The notes beneath the pieces are model-generated. The model did not search any database, was not told where the DNA came from, and was given only the letters and a program-made list of their open reading frames with translations. Below are positions 15,021 to 29,197 of a stretch of DNA of 64,000 nucleotides, piece by piece. This DNA comes from Pecten maximus (lineage: Eukaryota), in NCBI RefSeq assembly GCF_902652985.1, contig NC_047018.1, forward strand, positions 39,494,001-39,558,000. Reading direction: 5' to 3'. The translations under genes and the position numbers were made by a program. Within the stretch, counting starts at the first letter, position 1, and each line of letters starts with the position of its first letter.

Positions 15021-16891
15021 GGGAGTAAGAGACCATTAGAATATAGAAAATTATATATTCTTGAGACTGTAAATGTTGGGATAAAAAGTTGGAGGGTCTT
15101 AATTGGCCCCATAGATGTCAGATAGAAAGGGAGTCACGTGTTACCCATAGATTTTCACAGCGAGAAACCACAGATTATCCTTAGCTAGCTGTTGTGACAG
15201 TTATCTTACTGAAGATTTATCTCTCGGCTCATGAGGACGGAGACAGGCATTCATTACAGGACTTAAGCGTACATATCCCCCAACATTAGTGGACATCGTC
15301 TATCACTGTTGATACTACGGTTGTTGTGTGTGTCTCCAACCGTTCCTGTGTCACAGAGGTTGCAGACACTAGTGGTAGCCTATTGGTAAAGTATGTAACT
15401 TTCTTAACCCTGTGATCACCCCCAACACAACAACGGTTATCGAAGGCCTTCACATATTTCATCAGAATCCATCGCCTTTTCTTATGATGAGGAAGTTTCT
15501 GGGTGTAAATAACAGCTTAGATGAAGTTGTCTGAGGTCACTTTGTGACACAAGTTTCGTGATCTTGGAACATAAACAAGAATCTGTAACAGCTCTAGGCT
15601 GTACGACAAAGGTTCTTTACACCGAGATCATGTGATCAGCTTCTGTAAGCTTTAGGTCATTTGACTTGCAATCATGTGACCAAGTTATAAAAATTACATT
15701 TGTGAAACTAGGTCATGAAATTTATCTCTTCAGTTTCTTTAAATCATGGTGATTCAGATTTCTCTTGTATCGGGCATGAATTATGATTGAAAAATTCGAA
15801 TTTTTTCACATGCGACGTGTCAAGCCTGAATAACATGGAGAGATCATTGGAAACAGGCAAGGTGTCCCATTAAGGCCTGGTGATTAGCATGATGTTGATC
15901 TTTAGATCATACTATCAACGTAGGTGACCTTGAAAGAACACGATTCCCAAATTACAAATTCACTAATTGACAACAATGAAATTGGAGCAAAGTTTGATGG
16001 ATTAGGATGGAAGAGTATGTGATTGAAATGTTTTTTTTTCTGACAATTAAATGATTATCAAAACAGAATGCAGTAATATCGATTGTTTTAACATCGGTGA
16101 ATTGTTACATTGTCCAGTTTGATTGATTGAGGATTTCGATACATGATATATGTTATATTGATTGTAAAGTACTCTTTGAATGAACGAATTATTTCTTTAT
16201 TTTTTTTATTTTTTTTTTTATGACAATCACAAAATGTAAAAGAAAAAGAAAAAAAGGCAGGGGGGGGGGGGGGGGGGGTGTTAAAAAAAAAAGCCAAAAC
16301 AAAGTATTAGAGTGGATTAACTTCCCTATTAATTAAACTATTTATATAAGTTCTATTACTGATTGCTAACGTTTGCCATAACCATCTCACTTTTCACTTC
16401 ACAATATCATTGTTATCATCTGTATTGACCTACGTACATCTGGCTGGTCGCCATATGTACACCTCTGTGTTAATGGGGCACAATTCAAAACTAGAATGGT
16501 GATCGGTTTTGAGAAGGGTTGGTTTTTGGAAGCTGCACTGTATATAATATTGTCCCCCTTTTCTTGAATGAATAGAAAAAGCACAGGTAGTTGAATAAGG
16601 AATAGGTGTAAAAACCTCACATGGTTCGCCATAAGATTCCAATTTGATTTTCACCTCCAATAGTGAACAGAAATCCATCTACTTTTGGAAAAAAAGCGAG
16701 TGTGCTATACTGATACTGTATGACCTAAGTACATATGTACTCGTATCTCTGTTTGATATAGCATTTTACAAAAGAAAGAATTAAACTTAAGTGTAAAAAC
16801 AGCTATTGACTCAAAGTGGTTGGGAGCTTTATTGCATTTTTGGAAGCTAGTCTCAAAACCAGAACATTTGTCAAAAACACACTGTTCAAAT

Positions 16892-19169
16892 TAGTGATGT
16901 TCTGATTAATCGAGTTCGTTGAGTATCACTTGTTTGAGACGTTTGATCAATTAATCGAGTTAGAAATCTGTAATCGAGTTTCGTCGGAAGTGCCCTACAT
17001 CAGGTTTTATGAAAATATATTAACCGGATTTCAGATAAACATATGCAAATTCAGCGTGACAATGTCTACAACACAGTCGCTTGCGGGAAATGGTTATGCT
17101 TGTATCATACAAAATCAAGCGTCGCAATAACTGGTACAGTGTTGAAATACTAGAAGGAATGTAAACGTACCGATGACTAAGATTTCGTTTGTAAGATCAT
17201 AAGCGACTAGCCATGGAAGCAACGTTAACGTATAGGATCTTTCTTCTCGGTAAACGGACAGGGTCTATTGTATGGAAACATTTTGGTTTTTAATGAAAAC
17301 TAGAAGCAGAAGGTCTGTTAAGTAGAGATACTTTAAATATGACGAACACTATTTGTAAAACGTGCAGAAAGTCGTATTCCTTCAATGGTAAGTCACAGAT
17401 CTACTTTCGTTTTCAAAGTATATTAGACTTTTGATAACGGATGGATTAAAAGCATTTTACAGCCCGTGTCAAAATTTCCAGTTAGCTTAATTAATACTTC
17501 AATGAACAATCCTTTTGTTGTTTTTTTCTGTGTTGAATTATAAAATTATTATCCGAAGGACCAAGGTAAGCTTATGCCATACCGTAGCGTCCGTCGTCTG
17601 TCGTCCGTCCGTCCGTCTGTCAAAAATTGACTTCTCCTTCATACCTACTGATCAGAATTTGACCAAATTTAGTCAGAAGCATCCCTATGGGGTGGGGACT
17701 CAAAATTGTACAAATGGTGGGGCTGACCCCCCAGGGGTCTGAGGGGTGGGGCCAAAAGGGGTCAATTTGGCTCTATTAATATAAACGACTTCTTCTCTGA
17801 AACCAAGCAAAGGATATTGCTCCTTTTTGCCTGGTAGCATCACTATTGGGTGGGGATTCAAAATTGTACAAATGGTGGGGCTGACCCCCTGGGGGCCTAA
17901 GGGGTGGGGCCAAAATGGGTCAATATAGCTATATTGATATTAACGACTTCTTCTCTGAAATCGAGCAATGCATATCGCTCATATTTGCCTGGTAGCATCA
18001 CTATTTGGTGGGGATTCAAAATTGAACAAATAGTGGGGCCGACCCCCCAGGGGCCAGAGGGGCGGGGCTAAATGTGGTCAATTGGGCTATATTGTTATTA
18101 ACGACTTCTTCTCTGAAACCAAGCAATGGATATCGCTCATATTTGCCTGGTAGCATTACTATTGGGTGGGGATTCAAAATTGAACAAATAGTGGGGCCGA
18201 CCTCCCTCGGGGCTGAGAGGCGGGCCAAAAGGTGTCATTTTGGCAGAATTGATATATACAACTTTTTCTCTGAAACTAAGCAATGGATATCTCTAATATT
18301 TAACTGGTAGCATTCCCTTGGGTTACAAATTCAAAATTGAACAAATGACAGGGCCAACCCCCTGGGGGCTGAGAGGTGGGACCAAAAGGGGTCAATTTGG
18401 TTAAATTGATATAAACAACTTCTTCTCTGAAACTAAGCAATGGATATCACACACATTTGTATGGTAGCATGGTCATGGGGTGGGGATTCAAAATTGTACA
18501 AATCTTAGGGTTGACCCCACCAGGGCGCTGAGGGTGGGGCTAAAGGGGTCAATTTGGCTAAATTGATATGAACAAATTCTTTTCTGAAACAGCTCTGGTA
18601 GCATCCTTTTGGTTAAGGATTCAAAATTTTATAAAGGAAGGAACTGACTCCCTTGGGGTGCAGAGGGCAGGGTCAAAAGGAGTCAATTGGTTTAAACAAC
18701 TTCTTTTCTGAAGCTAAGCAATGGATATCACTCACATTTGTGTGGTAGCAGATTCCCTATTAGGTTGCACCAAAAGTCAATCAATTTCATTCCATGGATT
18801 AATGTATTTTTTGGCATAAAAACCTCATGTACCCATATAAAATGCCTATGATATATTGACATAGCAATACCAGTGACAAATATACTTAATCATCATTCTT
18901 GTTTCATATCTTATGAAATCCAGGTGAGCGATACAGGCCCTCTGAGCCTCTTGTTTTCTGTGTAATAAACAAATAAACATGCAGGAAGATGGTATACATG
19001 TAGGTATAACAGTTTATTAGTTACTGAAATTGTTGTTGAAAGCATTTCACAAAATATTGAGACATGAATACAAAAAATATGTTTGGAAATTAATCAATTT
19101 TAATTGATCATCGATCGGTTACACACAAGTGATGATCGATCAGAAAATTTCAACCGATTCCCAACACTA
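16892..19169. mobile_element. Non-autonomous hAT element hosting a nested HINE
   Basis: Termini tagtgatg / caacacta, perfect 8-bp TSD gttcaaat (16884-16891, 19170-19177), subterminal aatcga/tcgat repeats. Confidence 0.8.
17548..18955 (+). mobile_element. HINE with internal ~158-bp satellite array (~6.5 units)
   Basis: (gtcc)n tract, 157-158-bp periodicity (17701, 17859, 18017, 18175, 18332, 18489), 3' caggtgagcgatacaggccctctgagcctcttgtt. Confidence 0.85.
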
Positions 19170-21192
19170 GTTCAAATACTTAATGCTGTTTAAAAAAAAA
19201 AAAAAATGGTGCAGTCATTTATCAAACACACTGAAATATCAAGTTCTGATAATTTACGCAATGATGCACTCAATCATATAACACAAATCGTCTAGAAAAA
19301 TTGAAATTGTCTGGACTCTGGAAGGGAGTCTTCAACATGTGAAATGATACTGTCATCAGTATGCTCTAGGCATATACATTAGAGCGTTTTCCGTTTTTTA
19401 TCTGTCCAAGTATACCAATTAGGTTTTATGCACCAGCCACACCAAGTTAATTGAAAATTTAACCGACAAAAAAAAAAAAAAAAAAAAAATTGGTGTAAGA
19501 TTTTTTGTATGAATTCTTCATATTTGAAAATAAAGATATTCCAAAAAGCTATGTATACAAAGACACTCGCACTCAAGTAGGGAAATATGGTAAGATGTTA
19601 CTCTGGTTTCAAAAGATGGCTGTCACTAACTGGTGGACCTAATACAGTATATCATTACAAGCAGACATATAATTCTGTGATGTCTGGAAAATTTCAACAA
19701 CTCAGAATAATTTGATCAATATAATAATTTCAAAATTTATTTCCTATCTTGGAATACTTCAGTAAGGGAAACTTTCCCCCATGGACTCGGGATCAAAGCC
19801 AACCTCGGATGTAACTGGAAGCCATTCCAGAACTCTCCAAGCACAACTAGTCGAGAAGATCCGAGTCTCCTGAGTGCTTGAATAGAAGACAGCCGTCATA
19901 GGAAGGGTTTATTAACAGTCGTGATAAATGAGGTCAAAGTCAATGTGGGATGGTCAAATGATTTTGCAGTCTCCTAAGTTTATGCGGAAAGGTTATCCAG
20001 GAATTTCTCTGATTTTCAGGGAGTGTATTAAACTAAACATGACACCAAAAGCAAAAACAGAAAATTTGTGAATTTCATTTTATTCGACAAACAAACGAGA
20101 ATGTGGTTCATATTTTAGGTGAATATAATTTCAGTGGATTAATGTTGATCCAATATTAGAGATTTCCTTGTGTGATGTAGTGCACTTCAGAGCTCAATGA
20201 TACATTGCCTGTATGGTGATTCTGAATGTTGTCACCATGCACCAGGATACTCATATATCAGGATGTGACTTTTAACCCGGATTCGACTTAATTTGCCTGG
20301 CGGTGTCATCAATGAAGCAGAAGACAATTTTTACTTTACCGAAACACCTGGTCTTGTTTTCCATATACTTTTTTGAAGTGTCTCCATTTTAACAAAGTAC
20401 CAGTATTTTTTGATAATTTTTCCTCATTTTAACGATTTTAAGTTAGAATTATAATTATTTTTTGTTTGTCAGTATTTTTGAAAACAGCATTCTTACATGC
20501 AATTTAGCATGAATATTCAAAATGTTTATAGACCAAAAAGAATATGTGGTCACCACTGGTGATGACAGGCTTAGTGGTGACTTGCTGACAGTGGTCAATC
20601 AATGTCAGCACGGTCTGCAGCTAACTGAGTGCATCAATGAAGTTTATTTATTCATTATTGTGAAGAAACGTGATCCAACATTTCCATGCATCTATGAATT
20701 CTCAGGGGAGTTAAGTGTAGCGATAAATGATGTTTCACTGAGAAGAACGAGCAGAGTATAGGCTATGATAACTGAAGTTGGGTTTTTCTACGAATCATAT
20801 TCTGTAATTTGACGTGGTATTAAGATGGATGTATTGAAATCTTGATAGCTTTCTTCAGAAGTGAATTGTTTGACCATAAAAAACAACAAAATTAATACAT
20901 AGCACAATGGCTTTATTTTTAAGACTAACTGAAAGATTTACAATATTGTTTAAATTTTTCAGAATAGCTTCATCAACCTGTGTTTATTTTTTATTTTCTC
21001 TCGTGGCAGTGTTGATATCACTAATGAAGTCATTTCATTTTCTATTAACTAATGACATCCATTTTATGAAGTTAAAAGCAATATACCATTGAAGACAAAG
21101 CCAATTTGTCCCTTCTTCAATTACATTCTTGAGTATTTTTTTCGGGGTTTCAAGCGGCAGCAGGGGCATTTACGGTATGTCTTACAGACATT

Positions 21193-21666
21193 TTAGAGCT
21201 AATGCTGTACCCCCGCCGTTGGCGTTGGCGTTGGTGTTGGCGTCAGCATAGGCGTCGGCTTTAGCGTCCCACCCCAAGACTTTAAAAGTTTTTTGGGTAA
21301 GTTTTTGGAAAGCTTTTAAGTCCAAAAGTATACACCTCATGCCCTTCTAATTTGGTTTATTCATCCATTAGAGGTCTTGGAGTGATGTTATGGCAAAATT
21401 ATGCAGAAAAAAAATTTATGCAGAAAAAAAAGTAATTTTTTTTTGCATTTCACCATTTTGTGGACTTAATTTTTTTTGTCACCAAAACCCACTTTTAAAG
21501 TTTTCAGGTTTTAAGTCCAAAATCATATGCATCACACTGTTACTAATCAATTTATTCATTCATTGAGGACTACATGTGAATTATTACTTCACAATACAAA
21601 CATAAAAAATAAGTGCATACTGTGATTGCTGCTGCAGGTGAGCTTCGCAATCATTGATTGCAATTG
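21193..21666 (+). mobile_element. HINE-like element, second copy of the 13586 family
   Basis: Shared body (aagtccaaaagtatacacctcatgcccttctaatttgg), 3' caggtgagct plus palindrome gcaatca-t-tgattgc. Confidence 0.75.
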
Positions 21667-22454
21667 TCTCCTTTTATCTTAACATATTTTTAAAAGGCAA
21701 AGAAAATGGTATCTATTTGCATATAGCGACAATCCACCATCTTTGTTACACATGTATTCACTGAATTTGTCAACTGTTGATATGAATGAACTTTTGTCTT
21801 CATGTGTATGAGTCCTGTAAATAACTGTTGACTGCTGTTCGAGAAGTTCAAACCAATAAATCGAGAAAGAGGTTACACCGATGTGTAGACAAGACTCCGC
21901 GAGCCTCAGCATTGACCCTCCTGTCTCTAAACTCTATACCATCACCTGGTCCTCGGGGAAATGGCTCGGTGCTAAATTCAATAGATAATTCATAAAATGC
22001 TTTGTCTGAACCTGCTATCTAAACTGTGGCACACTTACCAAATATACAACCACACTGACAATTCTTCATTCTCCTAAAGGAAACATGCAGATCCTAGTCA
22101 CCACTACATTAAGATAGGAACTTAAAAAAAAAAAAAATTACCGAAAAAAAAATAAAAAAAATAAATGAAATCCTTGTAACCGGACTGTAAACCATAGATA
22201 TATCCTGCCATTGTCGGTATCGATTGCATGCTATGTGGATTACTAGAAAAGTGTTTTACGTGCCAGTAAGGTGCTGTGTCTGTATGTGGCCCAGGGCAGG
22301 ATCTCGATTGGTTGACAGTTTTCTAATCACCTCTTAAGTCCTGAGCTGGAAATCCATTAGTGTCCATGCAAACATGTCATTATAATCTAACTAACCATCA
22401 CGACTTTGTGGCTGGCGCAACTTATTATTATTTCTGTGTTCTTGTTTACCGAAT

Positions 22455-23140
22455 GACCTTGTGTTCTCTGTGACCTTGTGTCTGTCATGACCTTGACTTC
22501 TGCCATGACCTTTTGTAATCCATGGACATTTTGACCCAATTTACCATGTTTGCTATGACATTATAATCGTATCACCTTGTTTATCTCCAAGACCTTGTAT
22601 TGACATTGATGTTCATTTTTTAAAATTCTTAAGCTCATATTTACGTCATGAACCTGTAGTTCCCATTAATTTGAACTGAAGGATATGGTCATAAGGATTT
22701 TACTTCAGTTTTTCATCCTTGACCTTTTGCCCCTAGTGAGATGCTGAAATTCTTTATATTCATGATATAAAAAGGTTTATGACCTTTCATCTACTATTGT
22801 CTGCCATGACCTAAAAATGTGACACCATGACCTTGCGTCTGCCAGACCTTATAACACACCATGAAAATTTGTCTGCCATGACCTTGTGACACTATCCTTT
22901 GTCTGCCATGACCTGGTGACACCATGGCCTTTGTCCGCGTTGACCTTGTGACACCATGACCTTTTGTTTTGTCATGACCTGGTGACACCATGACCTTTTG
23001 TCTTCCATGACCTTGTAACATTATGACTTTGTGTCTTCCATGACCTTGTGACATTATGACCTTTGTGACCCTTCCATGACCTGGTGATATGATCTTTGTC
23101 CGAAATATCAGTGTTTTCAATGGCCTCCTGTGAACAATGA
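22455..23140. repeat. Degenerate tandem repeats of ccatgacctt/gtgac units
   Basis: Recurrent ccatgacct motif; source of spurious ORF 22794..23120. Confidence 0.7.
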
Positions 23141-24069
23141 CCTAAAGATAATGTCTGGACACTTTGTCCCAGGTTACATTACACCCACTCTTATCTTCAT
23201 CGCTGAATATGACCTTGTGTCCAAACAGTTTACGACCTTGTGGCCAAGCAGTTTACGACATAAGAATTCTGTCCCCAGTGGTTGAAGATCAATATTTTAT
23301 CCATAAGATCCTGACAATTTGTTTGGTCAGAAAATAGATAGAAGATTTTTATGACATACCAAATTGACCAGACAGCATTTAAAAAACTAGGTACAATACG
23401 GTTCCCAATGGACTTGTAGGAAACCAGGATGATCGGTGATGTGTATGACAGTTCAGGGCGAGCCAGTAACTGTTGTTTCACATTGAATCATTACTCACTT
23501 TCAGCGAGGGAAAGTATCAATTTTATCTGCTCATGCATAATTCGGTGTTCTTTATGTATTTTCAAGACTAAGGTCAAGACATCATCTTAAATGAAGGGCT
23601 CATTGAGAAGACCAACATTGTGTCATCAGTTTTGTTTTGTTTTGCATGATCATTATTGATGTAGTAAAAAGTTTTTTAATCCTCGTGAACAAAGTCGTCA
23701 CAGGCACACATGGTGTAACCATAATTCTGTCCGGCCGCCTTTCTTTCTGTCTGTTCATTGGTTATTGGTTAAAAGGTTTTTTTAGAGTTTATCACACACA
23801 ATAATACTAGTAGGATATTTTGATTTAAAGGCTTTCGATGTCAAACACTAATGCTGTGTAGTAAAATAGGAAATTTTCAATTTATTTTAATGCCTCCGTC
23901 ATTTTAGAGGGGGGGTGGGGGGTGGGGGTGGGGGGGGGGGGAGGGGCATAGGGGGCATATAGTATTACCCGTGACTGTCCCATTCTGAATCAATAACACG
24001 GATCCCCTCAACAGACGTGGTTCATATTTAGATCATGTTATCATAAGTTTTACACCTGATTCACAAGGA

Positions 24070-24400
24070 TTCACATTCTGGTGGTCATTGGTCAAGGATA
24101 CATATTCTGGTGGTCATTGGTCAAGGATACACATTCTGGTGGTCATTGGTCAAGGATACATATTCTGGTGGTCATTGGTCAAGGATACACATTCTGATGG
24201 TCATATTGGTCATGGATACACATTTGGTGGTCATTGGTCAAGGATACACATTCTGGTGGTCATTGGTCAAGGATACATATTCTGGTGGTCATTGGTCAAG
24301 GATACACATTCTGGTGGTCATTGGTCAAGGATACACATTCTGGTGGTCATTGGTCAAGGATACACATTCTGGTGGTCATTGGTCAAGGATACACATTTGT
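24070..24400. repeat. Minisatellite, 29-bp unit (ggtcaaggatacacattctggtggtcatt)
   Basis: About 11 tandem units. Confidence 0.95.
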
Positions 24401-25089
24401 GGTTTGTCAAACACATTCTGTGGTATTGTAAAGGATAACACTGGTGGTAAATGAGGATAAATTTTCATTGTATTTATTCGTCATCGTTGTAACAGACGGG
24501 GGGAACAAGTGGTAAGTTACCAGGACTGTGCTTAAGGGAACTTTCCAATATAGTTTAACTCTCAAAGAGTGGTAATTAGATCATGTAATTAGTTTTTGAA
24601 AAAAGGAACATTCTGGTAGTATTGGTACAAGATAATATCTCTGTGTTTGGTCTTTACAGTTGGTGTCATTCTCCAAGATCATGAAATAATCTGGTGGTCA
24701 TGAGGTCAAGATACACATCTACAACTTTCCAGATCACATTATGGGGGAGGCAAGGGAACAATTGGTGTCATGCGGATAATAGATGGGTATGGTATACACA
24801 TCGGGGCAGGAAGGATATATGGTGGTTTTGGTCATAAAATGGCGGTCATTGGTAGGGGGTTATTACAACATCGGGATAATCATGAACATGGGCAGGTTGG
24901 TATAAGTGGTAAAGAGATTGATGGGGTTAAACAGGATCAGAGGTTGTACACAGATAAAGATCGGATGGGGTTTATCACAGGGGGACAATATGGGGATGGG
25001 GACACATGGTTCGTAGGTGAGAGTAGTGTCCAACAGGAACTTTAGGTTGGGAGGAGGGGTTGTAACAGGACAGAGATAGGGGTAGGGGT

Positions 25090-26252
25090 TTACACAGGGG
25101 ACAGGAGTGGGGAGGGGTTTACACAGGGGACAGTAGTGGGGAGGGGTTGTATACGGGGGGCAGTAGATGGGAGGGGTTATACACAGGGGACAGGAGATGG
25201 GTAGGGGTTATACACAGGGGACAGTAGATGGGGAGGGGTTATACACAGGGGACAGGAGATGGGGAGGGGTTATACACAGGGGACAGGAGATGGGGAGGGG
25301 TTATACACAGGGGACAGGAGATGGGGAGGGGTTGTATACAGGGGACAAGAGATGGGGAGGGGTTATACACAGGGGACAGGGAGGGGTTGTACACAGGGGA
25401 CAGGAGATGGGTAGGGGTTGTACACAGGGGACAGGAGATGGGGAGGGGTTGTACACAGGGGACAGTAGGTGGGGAGGGGTTGTACACAGGGGACAGGAGA
25501 TGGGGAGGGGTTGTACACAGGGGGCGGGAGATGGGGAGGGGTTGTATACAGGGGGTGGGAGATGGGGAGGGGATATATACAGGGGACAGGAGATGGGGAG
25601 GGGTTGTATACAGGGGGCGGGAGATGGGGAGGGGTTGTACACAGGGGACAGGAGATAGGGAGGGGTTGTACACAGGGGACAGGAGATGGGTAGGGGTTGT
25701 ACACAGGGGACAGGAGATGGGGAGGGGTTATACACAGGGGACAGGAGATGGGGAAGGGTTATACACAGGGGTCGGGAGATGGGGAGGGGTTATACACAGG
25801 GGACAGGAGATGGGGAGGGGATGTACACAGGGGACAGGAGATGGGGAGGGGTTGTACACAGGGGACAGTAGATGGGGAGGGGGTGTACACAGGGGACAGG
25901 AGATTGGGAGGTGTTATACACAGGGGACAGGAGATGGGGAGGTGTTGTACATAGGGGACAGGAGATGGGGAGGGGTTATACACAGGGGACAGTAGATGGG
26001 GAGGGGTTATACACAGGGGACAGGAGATGGGGAGGGGTTATACACAGGGGACAGGAGATGGGGAGGGGTTGTACACAGGGGACAGGAGATGGGGAAGGGT
26101 TATACACAGGGGAACAGTAGGTGGAGAGAGGTTGTACATAGGGGACAGGAGAGGTTGTACATAGGGGACAGGAGATGGGGAGGACTGTACCCAGAGGACG
26201 GGGAGGGGTTGTACCCAAGGAACAAAGATGGGGAGGGGGTGTATACAGGGGA
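25090..26252. repeat. G-rich minisatellite, 31-bp unit (acaggggacaggagatggggaggggttrtac)
   Basis: About 35 tandem units; explains all ORFs between 25167 and 26408. Confidence 0.97.
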
Positions 26253-26467
26253 CATATTTTAAATATTGATTTTCTCATTCTTCTTTCTGATGTTATTAGG
26301 TGGGATTTTTTCTGTAATATGAATAAACTGTATGTTGTGTTATGTTGGCCTGGTCTGTGCATATTTTATTCCATGTTAAAGATATATTTGTATAATTCAA
26401 GAACCTGACACTTCATCAATATATTAGAAATCTGTCTTTTAACATGTTTTGTGGAAACATTGTGAGA

Positions 26468-27734
26468 CAGGGAGAAAGCTAGCCTTGAATTTCATTCTGG
26501 GCCTTGAAAAGCCTTGAAAATTGGTTTACAGCCTTGAAAAATCCTTGAATATTAAGGTCTCATTAGGATATGGATTCAACTTTGTCAATGACACCTCCTC
26601 TACAGACGTCAATAATTACCATGTCAAGTTGTATCTTGATCATGTGGATAGTTATAACTTTCTTTTTGTGTCGCCTTGAAAAGGTGACATATAGGTATTA
26701 CTATGTCGTCGTCAGCGTCGTCCGCACAATGGTTTCTGTCCAATAACTTGAGTTCCCTTTGGCCAATCAAACTCAAACTTCCTTACCAAAAGTGCTTGCT
26801 TGGGATTGCTTTTCAGGTTCAAAGGTCAAGGTCACTGTTTCCATTAATAGAAAATTGGTTTCCATGCAATAACTCAAGTTACCTTCGGCCAATCAAACTC
26901 AAACTTCACACAGTGATTCCTTACCAAAAGTGCTTGCTTGGGATTGCTTTTCAGGTTCAAAGGTCAAAGGTCAAGGTCACTGTTAGTATTAATAGAAAAT
27001 TGGTTTCCATGCAGTAACTTGAGTTCCCTTCAGCCAATCAAAATCAAACTTCACACAGTGCTTCTTTACCAAAAGTGCTTGCTTAAGGTTGCTTTTCAGG
27101 TTCAAATGTCAAAGGTCCTTGCTACTATAAATAGAAAATAGGTTTGCTTGCGATAACTTGAGATCCCTTGGGCCAATCAAACTCAAACTTGATGCATTGC
27201 TTTCTTATAGTAAGTGCTTGCTTGGGATTGCTCTAAGTTTCGATGTTCAAAGGTAAAAGGTCAAGGTTACTGTTGCTATTAATAGAAACTTGGTTTCCAT
27301 TTGATAACTCGAGTTCCCTTGGACCAATTAAAGTCAAACTTTGTATAGTACTTCCTTATCAGAAATTCTTGCTTGGGATTGCTTTTCAGGTTCGAAAGTC
27401 ACGGTCACTGTAAATAAATAGAAAATCTGTCCAGTTCCATTTGGGTCAATCAACCTAAAACTTCATATATGATAGTGCTTTCTGGTTTCTGTATGAAAAA
27501 CACTTAAATTTTACATGCAACTTGTTTTGATTTGCAAAGCAGATCAATTTGATTTTTAAAATTCAAATCCTAGCTTGCTGTGCAGGCGACACATCCACTT
27601 CCGTGGAATTCTCGTTTGTTCTCTAGTTCCTTCTCAAGATGATGGGTAAAATGGGCCTTGAATATTTAATTAAGACATTGAAAAAACCTTGAAATGGCCT
27701 TGAATATGGTTTGATATAATCTGTATGAACCCAG
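26468..27734. mobile_element. Non-autonomous DNA transposon with 5-bp TSD (hAT5-like), hosting a HINE
   Basis: Left caggg, right tgtatgaacccag, flanking direct repeat tgaga on both sides, subterminal ccttgaa repeats at both ends. Left TIR looks internally deleted. Confidence 0.6.
26666..27616 (+). mobile_element. HINE with ~145-bp internal repeats (~5 units)
   Basis: Subterminal IR tgtgtcgcct / aggcgacaca, gtc-rich tract, 3' palindrome tccac..gtgga, T-rich flanks. Confidence 0.8.
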
Positions 27735-28492
27735 TGAGACTTCGTATTTAGCCTGATTTCCATTAAAATTGTAATGCAGCATAAATTATAGTTTGTAAAC
27801 ATTTTCTAGCTTAATTTGAAATGGACAAAGGATTATAAGCAATTCTGATAAATCATTCTTCTCAATAGTACAGTTTATAACTACCTATGAGGTAGATCAC
27901 AGTATTCTATAACCCTTTGATATACTAATATTAAAATATGGTCAATCCATGGATTAATCTAAGTTATCATGGAACTGACCAGTCCATCTAGAGGATGACC
28001 ATACAGACTATAGATTGTTTGGATGATTCAATCAGTGACCAGTGTTTTAGCAACATTACCAAACAGCAATGGATTTCATAAATGTTATTATCAGTTACCT
28101 CCCTGGATGTTTTGAAATGATCGGAGGATTTATTTATTTCAATGAATGAAAGTGGACACCCAGTATAACAGAAATGTGGATTTTATAATTATGCAAAGTT
28201 TGAGAGACCAAAATGAATTTGTTGTATCATTAAAAGATCACTGGATTAAATATTAAAGATCCATGGATTATGTCAACTGGATGGAAACAGAAAACTGTGG
28301 TAGCTATAGAGTAGTGCTATATACACACAGACCTTGGTTATGTGATTTAAAAGTACGACACAATCATGCTACAGTGTTACTATTTCTTGTGTTTAACGAT
28401 TGACTGATGGAATGGAATTGTGGATACCATCAGATTTAATAGACTGATGGAATGGAATTATGGATACCATCAGATTTTATAGATTGATGAAC

Positions 28493-29197
28493 GAATGACC
28501 TTGACCTTCATTCAAGGTCACATGGGTCAAATAGGCTAAAATCTTCAAACAACAACTTCTCAATAACCAAGAGGCCCAGGGACTTCATATTAGACATGTA
28601 GCATGCTGGGGTGAAGGGCTACCAAGTTTGTTCAAATGAATGACCTTGACCTTCACTTAAGATCACATAGGTCAAATAGGCTAAAATCTTCAAACAACGA
28701 CTTCTCAATAACCAAGAGGCCCAGGGATTTCATATATTAGGCATGTAGCATGCTGGAAGAAGGGCTACCAAGTTTATTCAAATGAATGACCTTGACCTTC
28801 ATTTAAGATCACATAGGTCAAATAGGCTAAAATCTTCAGACACTTCCCTCAATAACTAAGAGGCCCATGGACTTAATTTTAGGTATGTAGCATGCTTGGG
28901 TGAAGGACTACCAAGTTTGTTCAAATGAATGACCTTGACCTACATTGAAGATCACATAGGTCAAGTAGGCTGAATTCTTCAAACAATGGTTTCTCGATCG
29001 CAAAGATAGACCTGATATTAGGCCAGTTGTGTACTGGAATGAAGGAACTAGAAAATTTATTGACAGGAAGAAACCTAAGCCTCGCTGATATTTGAATAAA
29101 GTGGTTATCAGCATAGTATCTGTAGAAATAACCTAAATCAACTTCATAGTTGCTGTAGAGTCAGGTGAGCGATACAGGCCCATTGGGCCTCTTTGTT
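28493..29197 (+). mobile_element. 5'-truncated HINE of the 145-bp satellite family
   Basis: About 3.3 units homologous to 54540-55990, 3' caggtgagcgatacaggcccattgggcct end. Confidence 0.82.

Noticed and set aside
25167-26408. Long ORFs up to 255 aa on both strands
   Set aside because: They are translations of the 31-bp minisatellite in all frames, with no splice or homology support.
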